Source: Kudoa neothunni
Lineage: Eukaryota; Animalia; Cnidaria
NCBI GenBank assembly: GCA_964304625.1
Contig: OZ199838.1
Coordinates: 13,149,843-13,213,842 of the forward strand
Length of the DNA: 64,000 nucleotides
Direction of reading: 5' to 3'
Part shown: piece after piece, positions 39,901 to 55,199 of the stretch
Position numbering within the stretch: position 1 is the stretch's first letter
Layout of the letters: the number at the start of each line of letters is the position of its first letter
Notes under the pieces: model-generated
What the model saw: the letters and a program-made list of their open reading frames with translations, nothing else
Told to the model about the DNA's origin: nothing
The model's database searches: none
Position numbers and translations under genes: made by a program

Positions 39901-41625
39901 TGTCAGAAATATCGAAGCAGGTAAGATCAGCGTTGCAGACCATGGGAAAATTACTAGAACCCAATCCCTATCAAAAATCCATGGATATTCTCGCCCAAAA
40001 AACCCTTGCTTAACCCTCGAACACCCGAGGTGGCCACTATGACCACATGCAAAAATATATTAAAATAAACCAATGATGCATTTTTGTGACGTTTATTCTC
40101 GTAAGTGCGAAGAACAGGAATAATTATGCCTGTACATACTTTGAATAGTGTGATAAATTAGAAATAAATTGTTGTGTTATTGCTTCATTTTTCACATTTT
40201 CGTCTCATCATTATTTTAAAAGTTAAGGTTTTATTTTATTCTCAAAATCCGAGATTTTATTATGAAATCTCTTACACTGTTTACAGAAATATGTTAAACA
40301 TAAATTCGCACTTTACAAATTGAAATTTAGCATTATAAATTAATTTATGAATAAGGAATATATAAAGTCTAGAGATTTTTAGATTTGGAATTTGTGGATT
40401 ATAATAAGATGGTCTAAATTAAACTTTAAACGATTATATTTAACTTAACACTTTTTGTTGACATGTAATTTAACAAGATTATTATGATGTGCGCGATTCG
40501 CAAGTCAGATTTAATTACTAACAGAATCAAGTTGTTATAAAAACAAAAAAATGAATTTTCAAAAACTCCCTTGCTTCAAAGTACATTTAAAATTTTTATT
40601 TTATTTTAGAACAGCTTTTTTATACATTTTAACTACATAAACATTATTATGTATATGGTGGCTATGTTCGGGTGTGTAACTTATTTTCTTTTTTGATTTT
40701 AAGCGAAAAAATCAAATGTAGAAATCCGTTATTTAAGTATTTTTAAGAGTACCATATACAATAAAATACACTTAGGGAAAAAGGAAATAAAATATTTTGT
40801 AAAAGCTATTGATACAATAAGCGCTGATTGGTCATGGTGGTGGCCACCTCCAGGTATTCGAGGGTTAATAGCTTAATACTCACCCTACGAACAAGAAACG
40901 TAGATGTATCATTTGTACAAAAACTATAATATATCTATGTACGAACTGAAAACGTTACATACATATAAAGTGATTTAAAAAACTCCACAAAATATAGTTA
41001 TTTACAATTTTGTCACATTAAATCAGCTGTTTTTTATACACCGGAGACATTAACCTACTAGTGGGAGATTGTGCGTCAATAATATTAGACCAATTTTGGA
41101 TTGAACCGCTTTCATTAAATATTTTTAAAAACTATTGCACTTTTATTTCTTATTAATGATCCCCCATATATATATATATATAATTTTAAATAAAATATAA
41201 ACATTGAGCCTACAATGGTTTATATTTGTATTGGTCATTAGAGGCAGATTTTAAAGAGAAATGTCGGTTACGTTTGTAAGAATAAAAAATGGCACTAATT
41301 ATGTAATTTTGGTATGAATGCTTTTCCAGCCAAAAATCAATGTGTGAACGAGTGTACTGATAACAGCACTTTAATCTTAGATGAAAAAAGTAAAAATGTT
41401 ATGTTTAGCATCCGTTTGAAAATATAAAAAAGATCTACACTCTACCAACAATCAACATCATCATATATAACAAAGCTATTAAAATATTCGCAAAAGTATT
41501 TTAAAATGTGCCTAACAAGCCAAAAATAAGCATAACTTAGGTGATCACACACGAGGAAGTTTATCCTCACATGACCTACACATGTACAAGTAATGATGAA
41601 AAATAGTTATTAGAAACGGTTGGAA

Positions 41626-43767
41626 TTATTGGATGTTTGCGTGTTTGAGGAGTTCATCACAGATGCCGGTTAATTCCTCATTTTGCTGGATCTAACGAGT
41701 ACATAAAACGTAATCATCACGTTACAATAAAGAATAGTTACTTTTTGACGAAGGGTTTGCTCGAGATTTTGATTTTTTGTTTGTTCCAATTTGAGACTGG
41801 TTTGGATGAGAGCGATTTCGTTTTCATGCTTGTTTCGAGACACGAATATTTCCTCGTTAGCTCTACAAGCAATGGTAGAGAATTTTAAAAACAAATTGCA
41901 ATAGATTACGCCCGCAGCAGATTTTCTGAGGTTAGAGTTAATTCTTCAATTTTTTTCTCAGCCAGGTTCAAAAGTTCATTCTGTCTCTCAAGCTGTTCTT
42001 CTAGAATAGACTGATTTTGTCTAATGTCCATATTCATCTGACGAAGTTTCTCATAGCGATTGTGCAATTCAGAAAATGAGTTGTCAAGTGCTCGATAATC
42101 GTTTTTCAACTACACACGCATAAAAAATCAAATACACTCACAATAAACATTGGAACCACTCCATAAGTTTAAAATGGTAGAAAACAACGTACAAGTTCAT
42201 TATCATTATTTTGTTTGGTGATAATTTTTTTATATTTCTGCGTGATATTGGTCTGTCTTGCTAAAATCACATCAAAATGCATTACTATTCAAAACACAGT
42301 GTCTATTACTCTCCAACATATCAATGATGTTCCTATATACGTTAAGTGCATCTCTAAAAATGGCATCAATCAACAATAATTGGATTATATAATCACAATA
42401 GATCTCGGCTGCTATATGCATCACTTTCAACAGAAGAGCGTTTGTCATCTTGTGTTAAGGGTGGTTGATTTTGAGATTTGGTGAGCAGATCGTTAAAATG
42501 TCCAACAGTTCCCAAATCCAATTTGTTACTATCGAATTTATCCCCCATCAACGCTGTAGTAGTATTTTGATCAGCAGCAGCAGAAACATGTGAAATGTCG
42601 TTCTCTTTTTGTTGTTGAACCGTTGTTGGTTCAACCAAACTACCATTGTCTACATTGGTGTCTTCCATCTATTTTGAATAGATGTTAATAGAGCCAACAA
42701 CTTAACTCAATATGCGACAATAAGGCGAAACCAATCGATCAATTTTTGGAATGATTAATCTGGCGATTAGACGTAAATATAAATGAACGACAAACTTACT
42801 TTTGGTTTAGGTGGGCCAAATAAATTGGATCGCCTTTCCACCTGACGAATGATAGTTTTTGGAGTGGTTATACCAAAGGTTTGTTTCTTAATGTACACAC
42901 ATACATTATCAACACATCAAATAATGACAAAATCAGAAATGTAATGATTGATTATCAATTAAAAACATACAGCATTATCGATTTCACACTTAAATTGATC
43001 CAAAATAAAAGTGGCATTGTTCTCATCAAAATACTAAAAGCAACGAGCTACGAATTAGAAATTCAAAGATTCGTTAAAAGTTACCATAGTTTCGTTACAC
43101 AAATGACTCTTATTATCATCTTCATTAAACCAGGTATGATCACTAGGATTGGAAAACGACCTGGCAGTTTTCTACAAATCCAACACATAGAAGTGTAACA
43201 GCTAAAACATTGTCAATCACATATGTGTCCTCAGTTCTTGATGATAAAGTGTTTAAGCCATCATTCGCCTACAATTAGTTGAAACTATCGTCAAATAATT
43301 AACAACAAATACTGGTGATGACTCATTTTGGATACTACACAATGGCTACACAAAACCTCTTTTAAAACCATTAGCAAGCGATGGAAAATATACTTGAAAG
43401 CAATCTTCACTTAATCGTTTAGTTACAGTTGGAAAGTAGCTTTTCCTAAAAGGCAAACAATAATCAAACACACAATAAAAACCACATACGAACGAGCTTT
43501 CCCTATATATCCTAAAGAAAACACAATGTGAGTCAGTTGCACGTGAAAAATTATTTTAAAAGTGATTTCAATTATTACCTTGGTTCAATTTTTGACGATC
43601 AGGCAAAATGTCACTTTTACTCATTAAAGGTCGATCTGTTAACTCCAAATCACACTAATCATGCAATATAATGTTACCAGCAATTATAACACAAAATTAG
43701 GAAATACTTTGGTGGATAGTGGATGGTTTCTGGATCTCTTCATTATCTCATCCTCATTATTCATCAT
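41626..43767 (-). CDS. TACC: Transforming acidic coiled-coil (TACC) protein, multi-exon; 5' exons tentative
   Basis: C-terminal TACC domain DYRALDNSFSELHNRYEKLR..ANEEI..LEQTLRQK..NEELTGICDELL, stop at 41626. Putative start MMNNEDEIMKRSR at 43767 followed by a GT donor. Confidence 0.8.
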
Positions 43768-46700
43768 GACATGCGCGAGCTTAACAAGGCGCTAAGCAAT
43801 CTTAATTTGTTTTTGATACGATTATTGATTGGTATCGATAATGTAAGATGAATTTTTTTAATGGTAAAATTTTTCGCGCAATCAAATCTAATTCAAATCT
43901 TTATTTTGATTTAATAACTATATCAAAATTAATATTTTTTACAATTAAATCATAAAATAAAGTAGCTAATCTAAGCAGTTTAAAGGATATTATTTAGATT
44001 GAAAATAGAAACTGATCGATAACTAAGTCGTGTTATTTACATGAGTGTGCCATGGAGTGCGATCCTCACCGAATCCCAAAGGGGAGATTAAATTGATTGA
44101 TGCTAGATTGTTATTTTGTCGTTGATTTTCAAATACGCCACTGATTTATTTATATTCGCATGAATTTAAACTAAAAAGTGATAATATTTTATTATTATTT
44201 TTAATTTATTGATGTAATAAACCTATTTGTTTTTGTTAGGATCATTTAACTTGGAAATGTAGTTTACAATTTATCAAATGTGTTTATAGGGCATATACTA
44301 GTGGTGGTCAAACCGTGGCTCTTGAAAAAAAGTTTTTTAGTTGAATTTTTTTTTAATTCAACTAGCACGTTAATTCAGAAAAGTACCAAGTTTAAACTGT
44401 TTAATCAAGTGAAGAAATGAAATCTTTAATCATAAATTAGAAAATATTTTTGATTTGAAAACATTGTTAAAAACTACCATATGGTTTTTACATTTGATCG
44501 AAATTGGAATTATTGCTAGTTTTATTAGGAAATACAATTAAAACTAATGTTTATCCATTACCAACGTGATAGAAATCGGAAGAATAAACACGAATTAAAA
44601 TAAATTTGCATCAAACTTGTTTCCATTTTTTGAACAACTTATTTTTGTGAGTCTATTTATCCAACGATGAAGTTTGTAAAATAGAGGCATCGTCGATCCC
44701 TGCTGCCTCACAAACAAACACCCGACGGACTTAATCCGTACAGCAGCGCTTCCGGATTCATTTTAGTTTCCGCATCCCTTCTCAAAAAAATGATATAAAA
44801 ATGGATTTATTGTTTTGTGGAGGTAATATCCTTACTAAAATTACATTAAAAAGAAAAAGGTTGTCAACGTTACTAGAAAAACAAATGTAACTAGAATAAG
44901 TACAACTGAAAATAGATTAAATGTTTTGAATTTTTCATTTATCTTTATTGGACAATAATTAGTTCATAACGAGATTCTTTATTAGTTAAACGTATGTGCA
45001 AATCATAATTTATAAATCAGCTACATAAGTAATATTTTAATGAAAAATATCAGATGTAAATAGTCGCACTTATGCCGAATGTTGGGTCTTGTAGTTTTCA
45101 TTATAAATAACAGACTGAATTAAGAAAATAAGCGTATGACCAAATCTCAAATGTATAGTTTAAGTTTATATAATTTTTGAGTCCACATTAATTGAATTTA
45201 AAGTACGAAATCTAAAATATTTTAACAAACTTATCAAATAAACTTAATCTTGAAGCTAATTAAAGTTGAATTCTTACTTTCCTTATAGTTTATTTTAAAC
45301 AAATAAATAATACAATTTTCAATAATTTAGCCCACTTCAAAAAACTTTTTAAGTCGATCATTTTTTCCATTAAAAGTATATATTTTATTACTGTTTATCT
45401 CAAGATGTTTATGATACGAAATAATTTATTTATGAGTGAAAAATAATAAATTATTATTTTTATTTCATATATTAATCAAGTTAAAAAAAGTGGATTAACA
45501 ACAAATTAATTTTCAGTAAAATTCATCAAATGACTATTTGTTTATCCTACAACTTACAGCTTTGATTGCGCACGAATCGCACATGATATATTTTCGAGGG
45601 AGATTCTGAATATTAAGAATCGGTACAATACGTACAAAACACATTCAGCCGTACAATTTTTCGATGACTCAAGGTGTGAGTCTTGGACCCCCAATAACTG
45701 TCTACCGAACCCCCAATCAGGAAGCCCTGTCGTACAGCGTTAACAGCATACGAACCGGATTACCGCGCACTCACTGATAAGGTGGAAACATAAATAACTT
45801 GTAACATTAGAAATAATTTAATAAAAAAATCCGAAAGAATTAAATTCTTGTGTTATTACTTTATTTGTAAATATTTTATTTTATTTTTTGCCAGACTATC
45901 ATACATGATTAAATGTGAAAAATACTTTATTACTTTCGCGACCCTTTCCATAGAGAAAAAATTTCTTGGACCAGAAACTACTAATTTACTTATTTGGAAA
46001 AACCATCATAAATTATATGTAAATTTTCCTGCGATTAACTAAATGAATAAGAAAAAATTAAAAAACCTTTATTTATAATTCTACACCATTTTTTCTTAAT
46101 ATTCACCAAAAATGTAAGTTTTAAAGAAGGAAGAGGTACATAAATGATTTTGGTGCCTTGTGGCTCTTGGAAGATAGGGCAACCTTAAAGTTGGCTCCCG
46201 ATCTGGGCATATACAGTGGATGGGGGGTGGTTAATAATTTGAGAAAATGTTACAAAATTAAGGTACACATAAGATTATAACAAGTAATCTATTTCTAAAA
46301 CTATTAAAAAATATTGGTTTGACCATTAAGAATATAAATAAATATTCCTAAATTAATTAATTATGCTTGTTGTGGATTACTTTGCAGTGATGTGTGGTTC
46401 GTAACTTTTCGGGTGCGTTTAGATTTTTGTTTTCGATTGGTGGGGAAATGGGGACAGAAATAAAAATTGAGTTAGGACATTAAAAGAGAAATATTAAATA
46501 ATAAAGTTTTTCCGAAACCAGCAAAGGCATGGAATGGAAGCACTATTGAAAATGACGCCAATATTAGGGATTGTATAGGTGATGAGAACTGTCACAGAGA
46601 CGACAAATTTAATGGCATAGGACGAAGAATTATTCCATTTATAATTTCCCTCTCGCCCATTTTTCTGATTTAAAACATTACTTGAAATATCACGGTTTAA

Positions 46701-48348
46701 ATAATTATCAACATCAAACGAATATTGAACGAGAACTACACAATATTACTACAACTGTCTAATTTCCCCATCCCAAACAATTTATCATTATAGTTTATTT
46801 ATAGAGTTTTTTCTCCTTAGTATTGCGCAGGCGATCTTAGAAACTTTGAACCATCCGTCATTAGGCCTTTAAAACCCCAGGGTGATTATGTGTTGAAGTA
46901 AGGATTTAGATAGAGATTTCATAATTCCAACGTTTTGTGGTTGTTACTAGTTTTTACAAGCATTTGGATAGATAATACATCTCAGTAAATTAATCATATT
47001 AATTTATAACGCTTGAAACATTCAACCACTGAGTATTAAATGTTTATTTTTAAAGTAAAATCAATTATAAATGTTAATAAGTCCCAAGCAATGTTTTATT
47101 TATCTCAGCAATATCAAAATGATGTATAATTTAAACTCTTAAAAATCATATATTTGGATTTGTGATGATTACTCTACTTTAAAGTTAATTTTAATTACAA
47201 AATAATTATTGATATATTTTTTAATAGTTACTTAATGTATATAAATAAAAAGATAACTTAATAAAATAAATTAAGAATTTTCATGTTTGAATTTTTGAAC
47301 AAATATTGTTATAAAAAATTTCTTAATCATGAATATACTACCCAAAAAAATTTATAAACTAAGAACCATATTAAGAAATGCCATCGTTTAATTGAATATA
47401 TCTTCGTTCTAATTTTGAATAGAATAAATTAGAAAGTTCTGTTTTTAAATAAGAAGTCACAAGATTGAACATTTACAAACTTATTACTAACAGATACAAT
47501 TAAAAAAATTCAGTGAACAATTAACGACTTCGAATTTATTAAAATTATAGAGAAAGAATAATTTTTCTGGTGTATTTATCAACGACACAGAGGTTCCACG
47601 TGAATCCGCATGTGCTCGACTTAAGATTTATTTCCAGTTTATGGGTTAATTCTTTTTGATCTGAATTTAACTACATAGTGTAATTATTTGTGATAAGAAC
47701 AAAAATGAAAAAACTTTTGAAATAGAAATGAATTAACAGGACGAATTGTAGGAAACGACTTTATTTCTGATTTTATATGCGACACCGCCCGAAGTTCCTA
47801 CACAGATACTGTAGTACTGTAGTTTAGCCGATAGTTTAAAAGAAATAAGATAGTTTATTCTAAAAAATAATGCACTGCTGAATTGGAATGAGAAAATTTC
47901 TCCTAACATTGATTACAAAAATCCACTGTGAACGAATCACAATCTTGTTAATACACTGACTTAATCTCTTCGAAATAGAGGATAATCCCTATACCCTAGA
48001 AATCAACCCTCAACCCTCAATTTTTTGAAGGCCTACCCATCACCCACTGTAAACTGTTAAATATAATTTGACTATTTTTAACTCTAAATAAGACTGTTGA
48101 TGAGCTATTTGATTCTAAATTCGAAGATATTCCCCCTTTAGATAAGGAGTGAAAAATTTCACAAAAACAATTTAATTTAGTTTTAACACACAAGTGACTT
48201 CTGTGTTTTAGATTATCCGCTGATGTATGATATATTAAATGTTTGAGATAATTTTATTCTCATAGTAGGAGTAGATTAAGTCATAAAGGATTCATTTCAG
48301 ATTTTCAATTATTTATAAAAGTTAAGATGGCTTTTTGTACGGTAGACA

Positions 48349-48440
48349 ATATTCAGGTGACACTAGTTTTGACTATATTTAATTATTTCTGTTCATTATA
48401 AGCGGAGCTGTAGTTTATAAATAATTAAATATAGCTTATT
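48349..48440 (+). repeat. Partial copy of the dispersed hairpin repeat (16-bp stem)
   Basis: ATATTCAGGTGACACTAGTTTTGACTATATTTAATTAT matches 34241 onward. CTATATTTAATTATTT (48373-48388) pairs with AAATAATTAAATATAG (48419-48434). Confidence 0.8.
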
Positions 48441-49499
48441 ATAAAAAAATATACCGGCGCGTGCGCAACGATATGCAGGATTAAACGTTACCATGCAAAT
48501 AGTTTGTGCCTACAAAAATTTGTATCATTCTATGGCAGAACTTGCTAACTCAAATCAGACTCATTATTTTTGATGAAAAATCGAAATCTGCATCCGTCAT
48601 ATATACAGGATGGTCTTGATATCGCGTATTAAATCGGGGCCTGAGCTTTTATTGTCCAATAAAAAATCACTGTCCAATATCGAGTTACATGCATGCGCTA
48701 CAAGAATAAATTTTTAATTTTTAACGAAAAAATGATCTATTTTGTTTGAATTCTTCAGGTAAGAATATAAAGGACATCGATCTAACAGTATAAGAACTTT
48801 CATCCTTCTCTCGCGAATTTTTGATCGTAATATTTAACAGGAAATCATCAATTCTTTTAAAACAACAGATCTTTAAATTTATAAATGACGTTATGTGAGA
48901 ATTTTTCCTCTGTAATTTATGCGACCTGTAACGCAACGAGAGGTTTTTTCGATTGTTTTGTTGTCTTTTAATTTTACTCGCCCTTTATTGCATATGTTGG
49001 TTGAGTGCAGAAATTTTAAACAAATATCTAGACCTTATTGTATCTTCTATATGCGGTAAGGCGTAGCTTACTCACAATGCTGAAAATAATTTTTTCTTAC
49101 GTGTAATATAGAATGAGATTAATGAATTAAGAAAAGATTGATTCGTTTTATCGTTCCAGTGTAATTTTAACATTTTTAAATTTGTCTATATAATTTTATT
49201 TTTTTATAGTGTATTAATAACCAGACTCCAGACTCGTTTTCCAGTTAATTAATTAGTAATATTATTCATTAAATTAATTAATTGGGAACATCTTGTAGGA
49301 TATTTCTTTATTATATTAAAAGAAGAATGTAGAGGTTACCTCATTAATATTGTCGTGTGATCGGCGAGGGTCAACACAAGTTTTATAAGTCTCTCTAGCG
49401 ACTTGCTACAAAGAAAATGAAAATAATAATGAAATCATTTACTAATAATTTCATGTACAACATCCATAACTGGACGCAGAGAAAACAAGATTTTAGGAT

Positions 49500-51064
49500 T
49501 ATCGATGATAAACGCTTTTCTTGATGTAAGATTTCATTTTCTTCCGACAGAATGATATCCTCAACATTGTTATCTACAAATATAATTCTTAAAATTCTTC
49601 TATGTTACCTTCTAATGTTATTTCATCCTTGTATTCCATTAAAATTTGCTTATCTTGATTTTTCAATAGAAATATTTGATAATATACTTTTGAAAATAGG
49701 CGACTTATTAAAACAATTACCAATAATTGATACCGTAACCATTTCCCAAGCCAATTTTAGAGTATTTAAACAATCGAGCACAGTTTATTTAAATCTACCT
49801 TGGTCATCCTCTTCAACTATAATATCTTGGCATAATAGTTCTCTATAATTTGATTTTAAACTATGAATTATTCTCAGATCCATTGGTTGCACCACATTGG
49901 TAATGTTTTTTGGCAGAAATAGAAGCTCGATGTTTTCCAAATTATCGATCGATTTTGGATGAGATGGGCACCGATCCAATAAAATTAAAATCTTTCTGTT
50001 TCCTTTAATGAACTTATGGTTCATCTCTTTGAGGATCTGAAAATATATGCCTGAGGACATCCAGCCATTCGCTTGAGAATGATATTCAATTGGAAACTCT
50101 TTGATTCCCTTAAAACAGCGAGGTTTCTTAAATTTTCCTATTACATGTAATGGAAATTTTTCTCCTGTCATTGAGGCAGCGATCAAAACCGTAACACGCT
50201 TTTTGGATTGTTTTACACCTTTTACATTTTGTTCATTTTTAGTAATGTATATACGTTGTAACAACTGTTCATAATAAAGACCAGTCTCATCCAGATTTAA
50301 TATTTTTTTCGGGCTGTATCTTGACAAAATCTCGGACAACTTGCTCATCTATTCATAAATACATTTAAAGTCGGCACTTTCAGCTTCTCCGTGTAATTTA
50401 TAACTTTTCAGACCATAACACACCCTGAAATTATTAAATCATCCCCTGCTTCCATTAAAATTGTTGATTCCAATATCTTTGACAACAACAGAAGCTCTTT
50501 CGATAATTATTAACCCAGATATTAGTTTATTTTTATCTCGCATTGAAACTATCCTGTTGTAAAGGTTGTTTTCAAAATCCCCATATTATCCGGGTTTAAA
50601 TTTTTTTTTTTGATATTTCAATACTTAAATTTGTAATTTCATCTTGTTTTGACCAGGTTCTATCAAGAGTAGAATGGCCTATTTGAAATTACCGAAAAAT
50701 ATTTAAGTAAGAATCACTTGGTAAACCAAAATGTTTTACAATCATAGCTTTAGCACCAGCTATAGACTTAAGATAATTATAGTAATCAATTATTTTAATT
50801 TTATCTTCTATAGTTCTTTGATAGTTTACCATGTTTACGATACTGCAACCAATGGATTAAAGGGATAAAAATGTGGAAAATGAGTTACGCAATAGTAAGA
50901 CACAAGGTTTTTCCTATTTTTTTTATATCCGCTTGTTCAAAATAATAATTTCTTTTCATAATAATCCAATTAAGCATATCGAATATGATTTAATTGTTTA
51001 ATTTTGTTAATTAAAATGTATAATGCTAATTTTTCTTAAATTACACGGTATCGAGGCACGACTG
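49500..51064 (-). mobile_element. pogo/Tigger transposon (CENP-B HTH plus DDE_1), disrupted
   Basis: ILNLDETGLYY, GVKQSKKRVTVL, VIGKFKKPRCFK, ANGWMSS, LLDRCPSH, FLPKNITNVVQPMD. One terminus is TA|CAGTCGTGCCTCGATA at 51064; the other end is unclear. Confidence 0.88.
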
Positions 51065-51756
51065 TACATCTAAATTGGTTTATATCTGTATGACTAGATT
51101 TAAGCGAAGCCTCGATAAAGTTTAGGAAACGATTATTAAAAAGAGGTTAATTTTAACTTTTGACGTTGTTCAAATAAGGAAATTATTGATTGAATACTCG
51201 GAAACTGAAGATTTGGTCTTTTTTGATACATTTAAAAAAAATAATAGACGATAATTGAAAATTTTTATTGTTATTTACTACACTAGTATTAGATATTTAG
51301 TAATTGTATTCTATCAAAGAATACTGTTTAAGAGAATCAATCGTAGATGTGATCAAGTTAGTTGAGTATTCTATGCGCAAATTGCGTTTTTATGTTTGTT
51401 TATTTTTGGTTCGCATGGAAATCAAGAAATAATTTGGACCAAACAAATTTAAGCTTTTTCAGTAAACAGTGTAGTCTACATAATTTTTAATAAAAATAAA
51501 TTAGTTGAACTGGGATACGTATTGTTGGAAAATATTGATTTGGATATTGTAAAGTTGAGTCTGTGTTACGCTGAAAAAGTAGACATATTGATATTTGTTG
51601 TATAAGGAATGCAGAAAAATTTTTTTCATATAATTATATTAATTTTTGATAAAACAATAAGATGATGAAATCTACGTCACTCTAATGATGTCACCAGCGA
51701 GATGTGCGCTATCTGTGAATTCCATACTCTGAAGGGGAATTGGATAACTGTACACA

Positions 51757-52905
51757 ATGACCCATTTGTGTACGGAGAATCATGAAATAATGTTCAATAT
51801 GCTAAGAAAAATGAGCCAGCATAGGAACTACAAAGAGAACTTTGTTCTTTCTCCTCTTTGTGTATGCATCGAGTTGGGGATTGTGGCCGAAGGAGCCTGG
51901 AATTCGACCAGAAATGAAATTATTGCGTTGATAGGAAAATCCTTTACAGACAGTTTTGCCAAGAAACGATATGTGGATAAAAAATCCATGAAATTATTCA
52001 CCATAATTTTTCATTCGTTACCTATCCGGCCCACCTACGCATCGATCATCTATCAGAAGTATGGATCATTTTTTTCGGAGATTGATTTCACTCGCAAAAA
52101 CTCTGCCGTCAGACAGATCGATCAATGGATCAACGACCTTACTAATGACTCCATAAGTTGGTCGATTGATTCGAACGATCTAAGTGACAATACCACGTTT
52201 CTAGTGGGAGGCACTTTGGTAATGAAAGCAAGCTGGTCGCATAATTTCAAATGCACTAGATCCATGTTTACACTCATGAACGGCAAAATCAAACTTGTTA
52301 AAGCTATTGCCACAAAAAAAATTTTCAAATGTTCTGGCACGTCTATTCAAAATGTATTTATGTGTGAAATACCACTCAACAACACTAGGTACACCTCCTT
52401 CATTTTAATGCCACGCCACAGCAAAGATATCCAGAAAATTATAAATTCTGCAACAGTAATATTATTTTTACATGTAGCTATAAGTAATAGAATGTAGACA
52501 TCCCTTTATCAACATTGGTTAGGATGTCTGACACCACTCAAAGTCCGAGTTACTATCCCAAAATTTTCTGTGTACACAAGCGAAAATATCGAGAAATATT
52601 TAATGAACTCAAATTTCTCAAAAGTTTTCACCAAACATGCCAATCTATCATTGATTTTTCCTTCCAACGCATCACTCGGCCATATCACTTCATCCACCTA
52701 CATTTTGGTGGATGAGGATGGGATTATATCAAGCAAACCCGAATCCGCTAATAACTCCAGCAATGATAACACTCGAACATGCGAACCCGAATTCGAATTC
52801 AATGTCAACAAACCATTTTTATTTATCGTTCATGATCACTTAACAGGATGTGTAGTTTATTGTTGTGCAGTGATGGACCCAACCATGTCTACAATGAAAT
52901 CCTAA
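51757..52905 (+). CDS. Serpin, 2 exons (intron 52456-52497), predicted non-inhibitory
   Basis: NFVLSP, EGAWNSTRNEI, IDQWINDLT, MKASWSHNF, VTIPKF, VDEDG and FNVNKPFLFIVHD. Confidence 0.9.
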
Positions 52906-53730
52906 TTAGTTCCACATAATATTCATTATCTATTATGTTGTTTTTCTAATTTACATCCGTAGTTTTTTCAGACTCTATTATTGGAAGCGTAAAAATAAAT
53001 AAATAAAATTAATTTCTTTGAATAAATCCGAATTGTGAAAGATTTTTGTGGCATTTTCTCAAACATAAAAAATATTATTTACAGCAGATAACCGATTTTT
53101 CATACTTACCGATTTGCCATAATGTTTGAATTTAAAAATAAATCAGACATCGAAAAATTGACCAAATACTATCAAAATGATAATCAGCTAAAAAATTTTA
53201 ATAAAAATATATGCCTCAATTAAAAGAAACTTCAGGGATCTTGGCACATTTATTTGCGAATTTTTGGTACCATGTGAAGATAATTCGTTATCCTTTGGTA
53301 AAGAGGGTCTCTTTAGCGTTTGTAGATAAATTAAAGATACGTGTTTAATCATTAAATATGACGAAAATTTATTAACAAAAGGAACTAAATCTACGACCAT
53401 TCGTCATTTTAATCATCCAAAAATTCAAAAATTAGGTGATATATAAATTAAAAAAATAGTATTAGTAGAAGCATGCGGAAGTGGGCTAACAATATTCGAA
53501 CGATTTCATTTAATTCGTTCTAAATCAGTTGATTTTTCCGCGTTCAATACTATTGACTAAAGAAATAAATTGAGCCTGTAAGATTCACCTGATAAAAAAC
53601 AACATATGGTTGTGTCATAGACTTCAATTCATGGTATAATATAAGAAATCCAATTTATATGATAAATTACGTTTAAGTTAATGTGAACGAGTACATAAAT
53701 GGTCTCCTTGTATTATATAGTTTATATTAA

Positions 53731-55179
53731 CCTTCCGAACGCTTCAAAATCGACTATACACATGGTGCTTTTGGGGTCGGTTGGAACCCATTTTTTAATT
53801 TTATATTATAAATTAATATATTTTTTAAAACTTAATCATGAAAACATAAAAATGTACTATCGACAAAATCGCACCATATTGATAAAAAACATACGATGAC
53901 GACATTATTTGATGTCACCCGAACAATGTAAAGGGCTATATATTCTTGTTATATAAATTTTTACAAAATATTATTTAACGTTAACTTTTAAAAACATTAT
54001 TTAAAATGTTTATTAGATTATCTCGTATGTAATGAATTGGACTAAAACTTTACGGTACAGCACAATAATTATCAACTAAAACGCATATATCAATGTAAAG
54101 TTAAAATTTTTGTTCTGTGCCCGTTTCAGTTATTTTCTGTGAGTTTAAAAAAACTGTAATATCATTATTTATAAGATCTATTATAAAATAAATATTCTGT
54201 ATTTAATTAACAATTTATTGTGTGCGTCAACACAGAAATATTATTCCGCAAAAATATGAACATTATAATATAATCCAGATATAAATTTAGATCCAAGAAA
54301 TTGTTGAAGGAATGGAACGTGCTAGAAAGTTTCTCCAAAAATCTGACTCTTGATTTTTCCATCATTGAATATAATTTTGTATAAGCAAAACGCGTTAAAG
54401 AAATTTATGTCGATATTATAAAAAATAACTCCTGGCCCCCGTCTGGAATATCTTTTTAAATTTGTGGAGGTGAAAATCCGATCGATTGTATCAATAGCTC
54501 ATTTAATTTTGTTATAATAATCGATGCTGCCTTGCTTCTTTTTTTCATCATTCAGTATGTTTGTATAAGCTGTTGAGGTGGCTAAAATTAATAAAGCCTT
54601 ATTATTTTAATGACTTAAGAGGCTAGAATCTCCTTTATATTAAGAAGAAAAAATGTGCTAAACGACTCCCTTGTTTTATTTTTTTTCATTATATGCAGAA
54701 CATTCCTCTTATTAGCTCTAAATGTTCTAACCATAGTGAAAACCATTTTCAATAGCTGAAAGCTTTTTGCAGCAATGATTATAATAATGGAAGTTAAATA
54801 TATTGGCATTACATGCAACATTTCTGCAAAAATTGCCATCCATAAATATGTTACAAAATCCGATACATGAAAGATTCTCTAAGCTGCGACATCCTTATGG
54901 CCAGAGGCCTTCCTTAAAAAATGTTCTTTTCGTATTTTGGGGGTTTTAAGGCTCCTGCAGCCCTGCTAAGGTTATTGCCATCATATTCAGATAAATTAAT
55001 GACAGATTCAAATAAATTAGAGGAGTCGAGGATTTCGCTGAAGTCGGCACCATAACTGGTGAAACTTATTTCGTTGATATATTTTTCTAATATTCTCAAT
55101 TCCATTGTGATATAATTTTATACATAATACGATAAAATAAAATTATGGGGTATAATAGACCCCAAAAGCACTCGGAAGG
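53731..55179 (-). mobile_element. piggyBac-type element with TTAA on both sides and an internally decayed transposase
   Basis: TTAA|CCTTCCGA at the left end and TCGGAAGG|TTAA at the right. Subterminal inverted GTGCTTTTGGGGTC. Remnant FYNIDINFFNAFCLYK. Confidence 0.8.
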
Positions 55180-55199
55180 TTAAAGGAATATTCTCCTAA

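Noticed and set aside
40840-40868. GGG|TTAA as the right end of the 34.9-kb piggyBac
   Set aside because: No matching left TIR was found near 34.7 kb.
43800-48300. Short ORFs and GC patches in AT-rich DNA
   Set aside because: No recognisable domains, splice-consistent structure or paired TIRs could be supported by eye.
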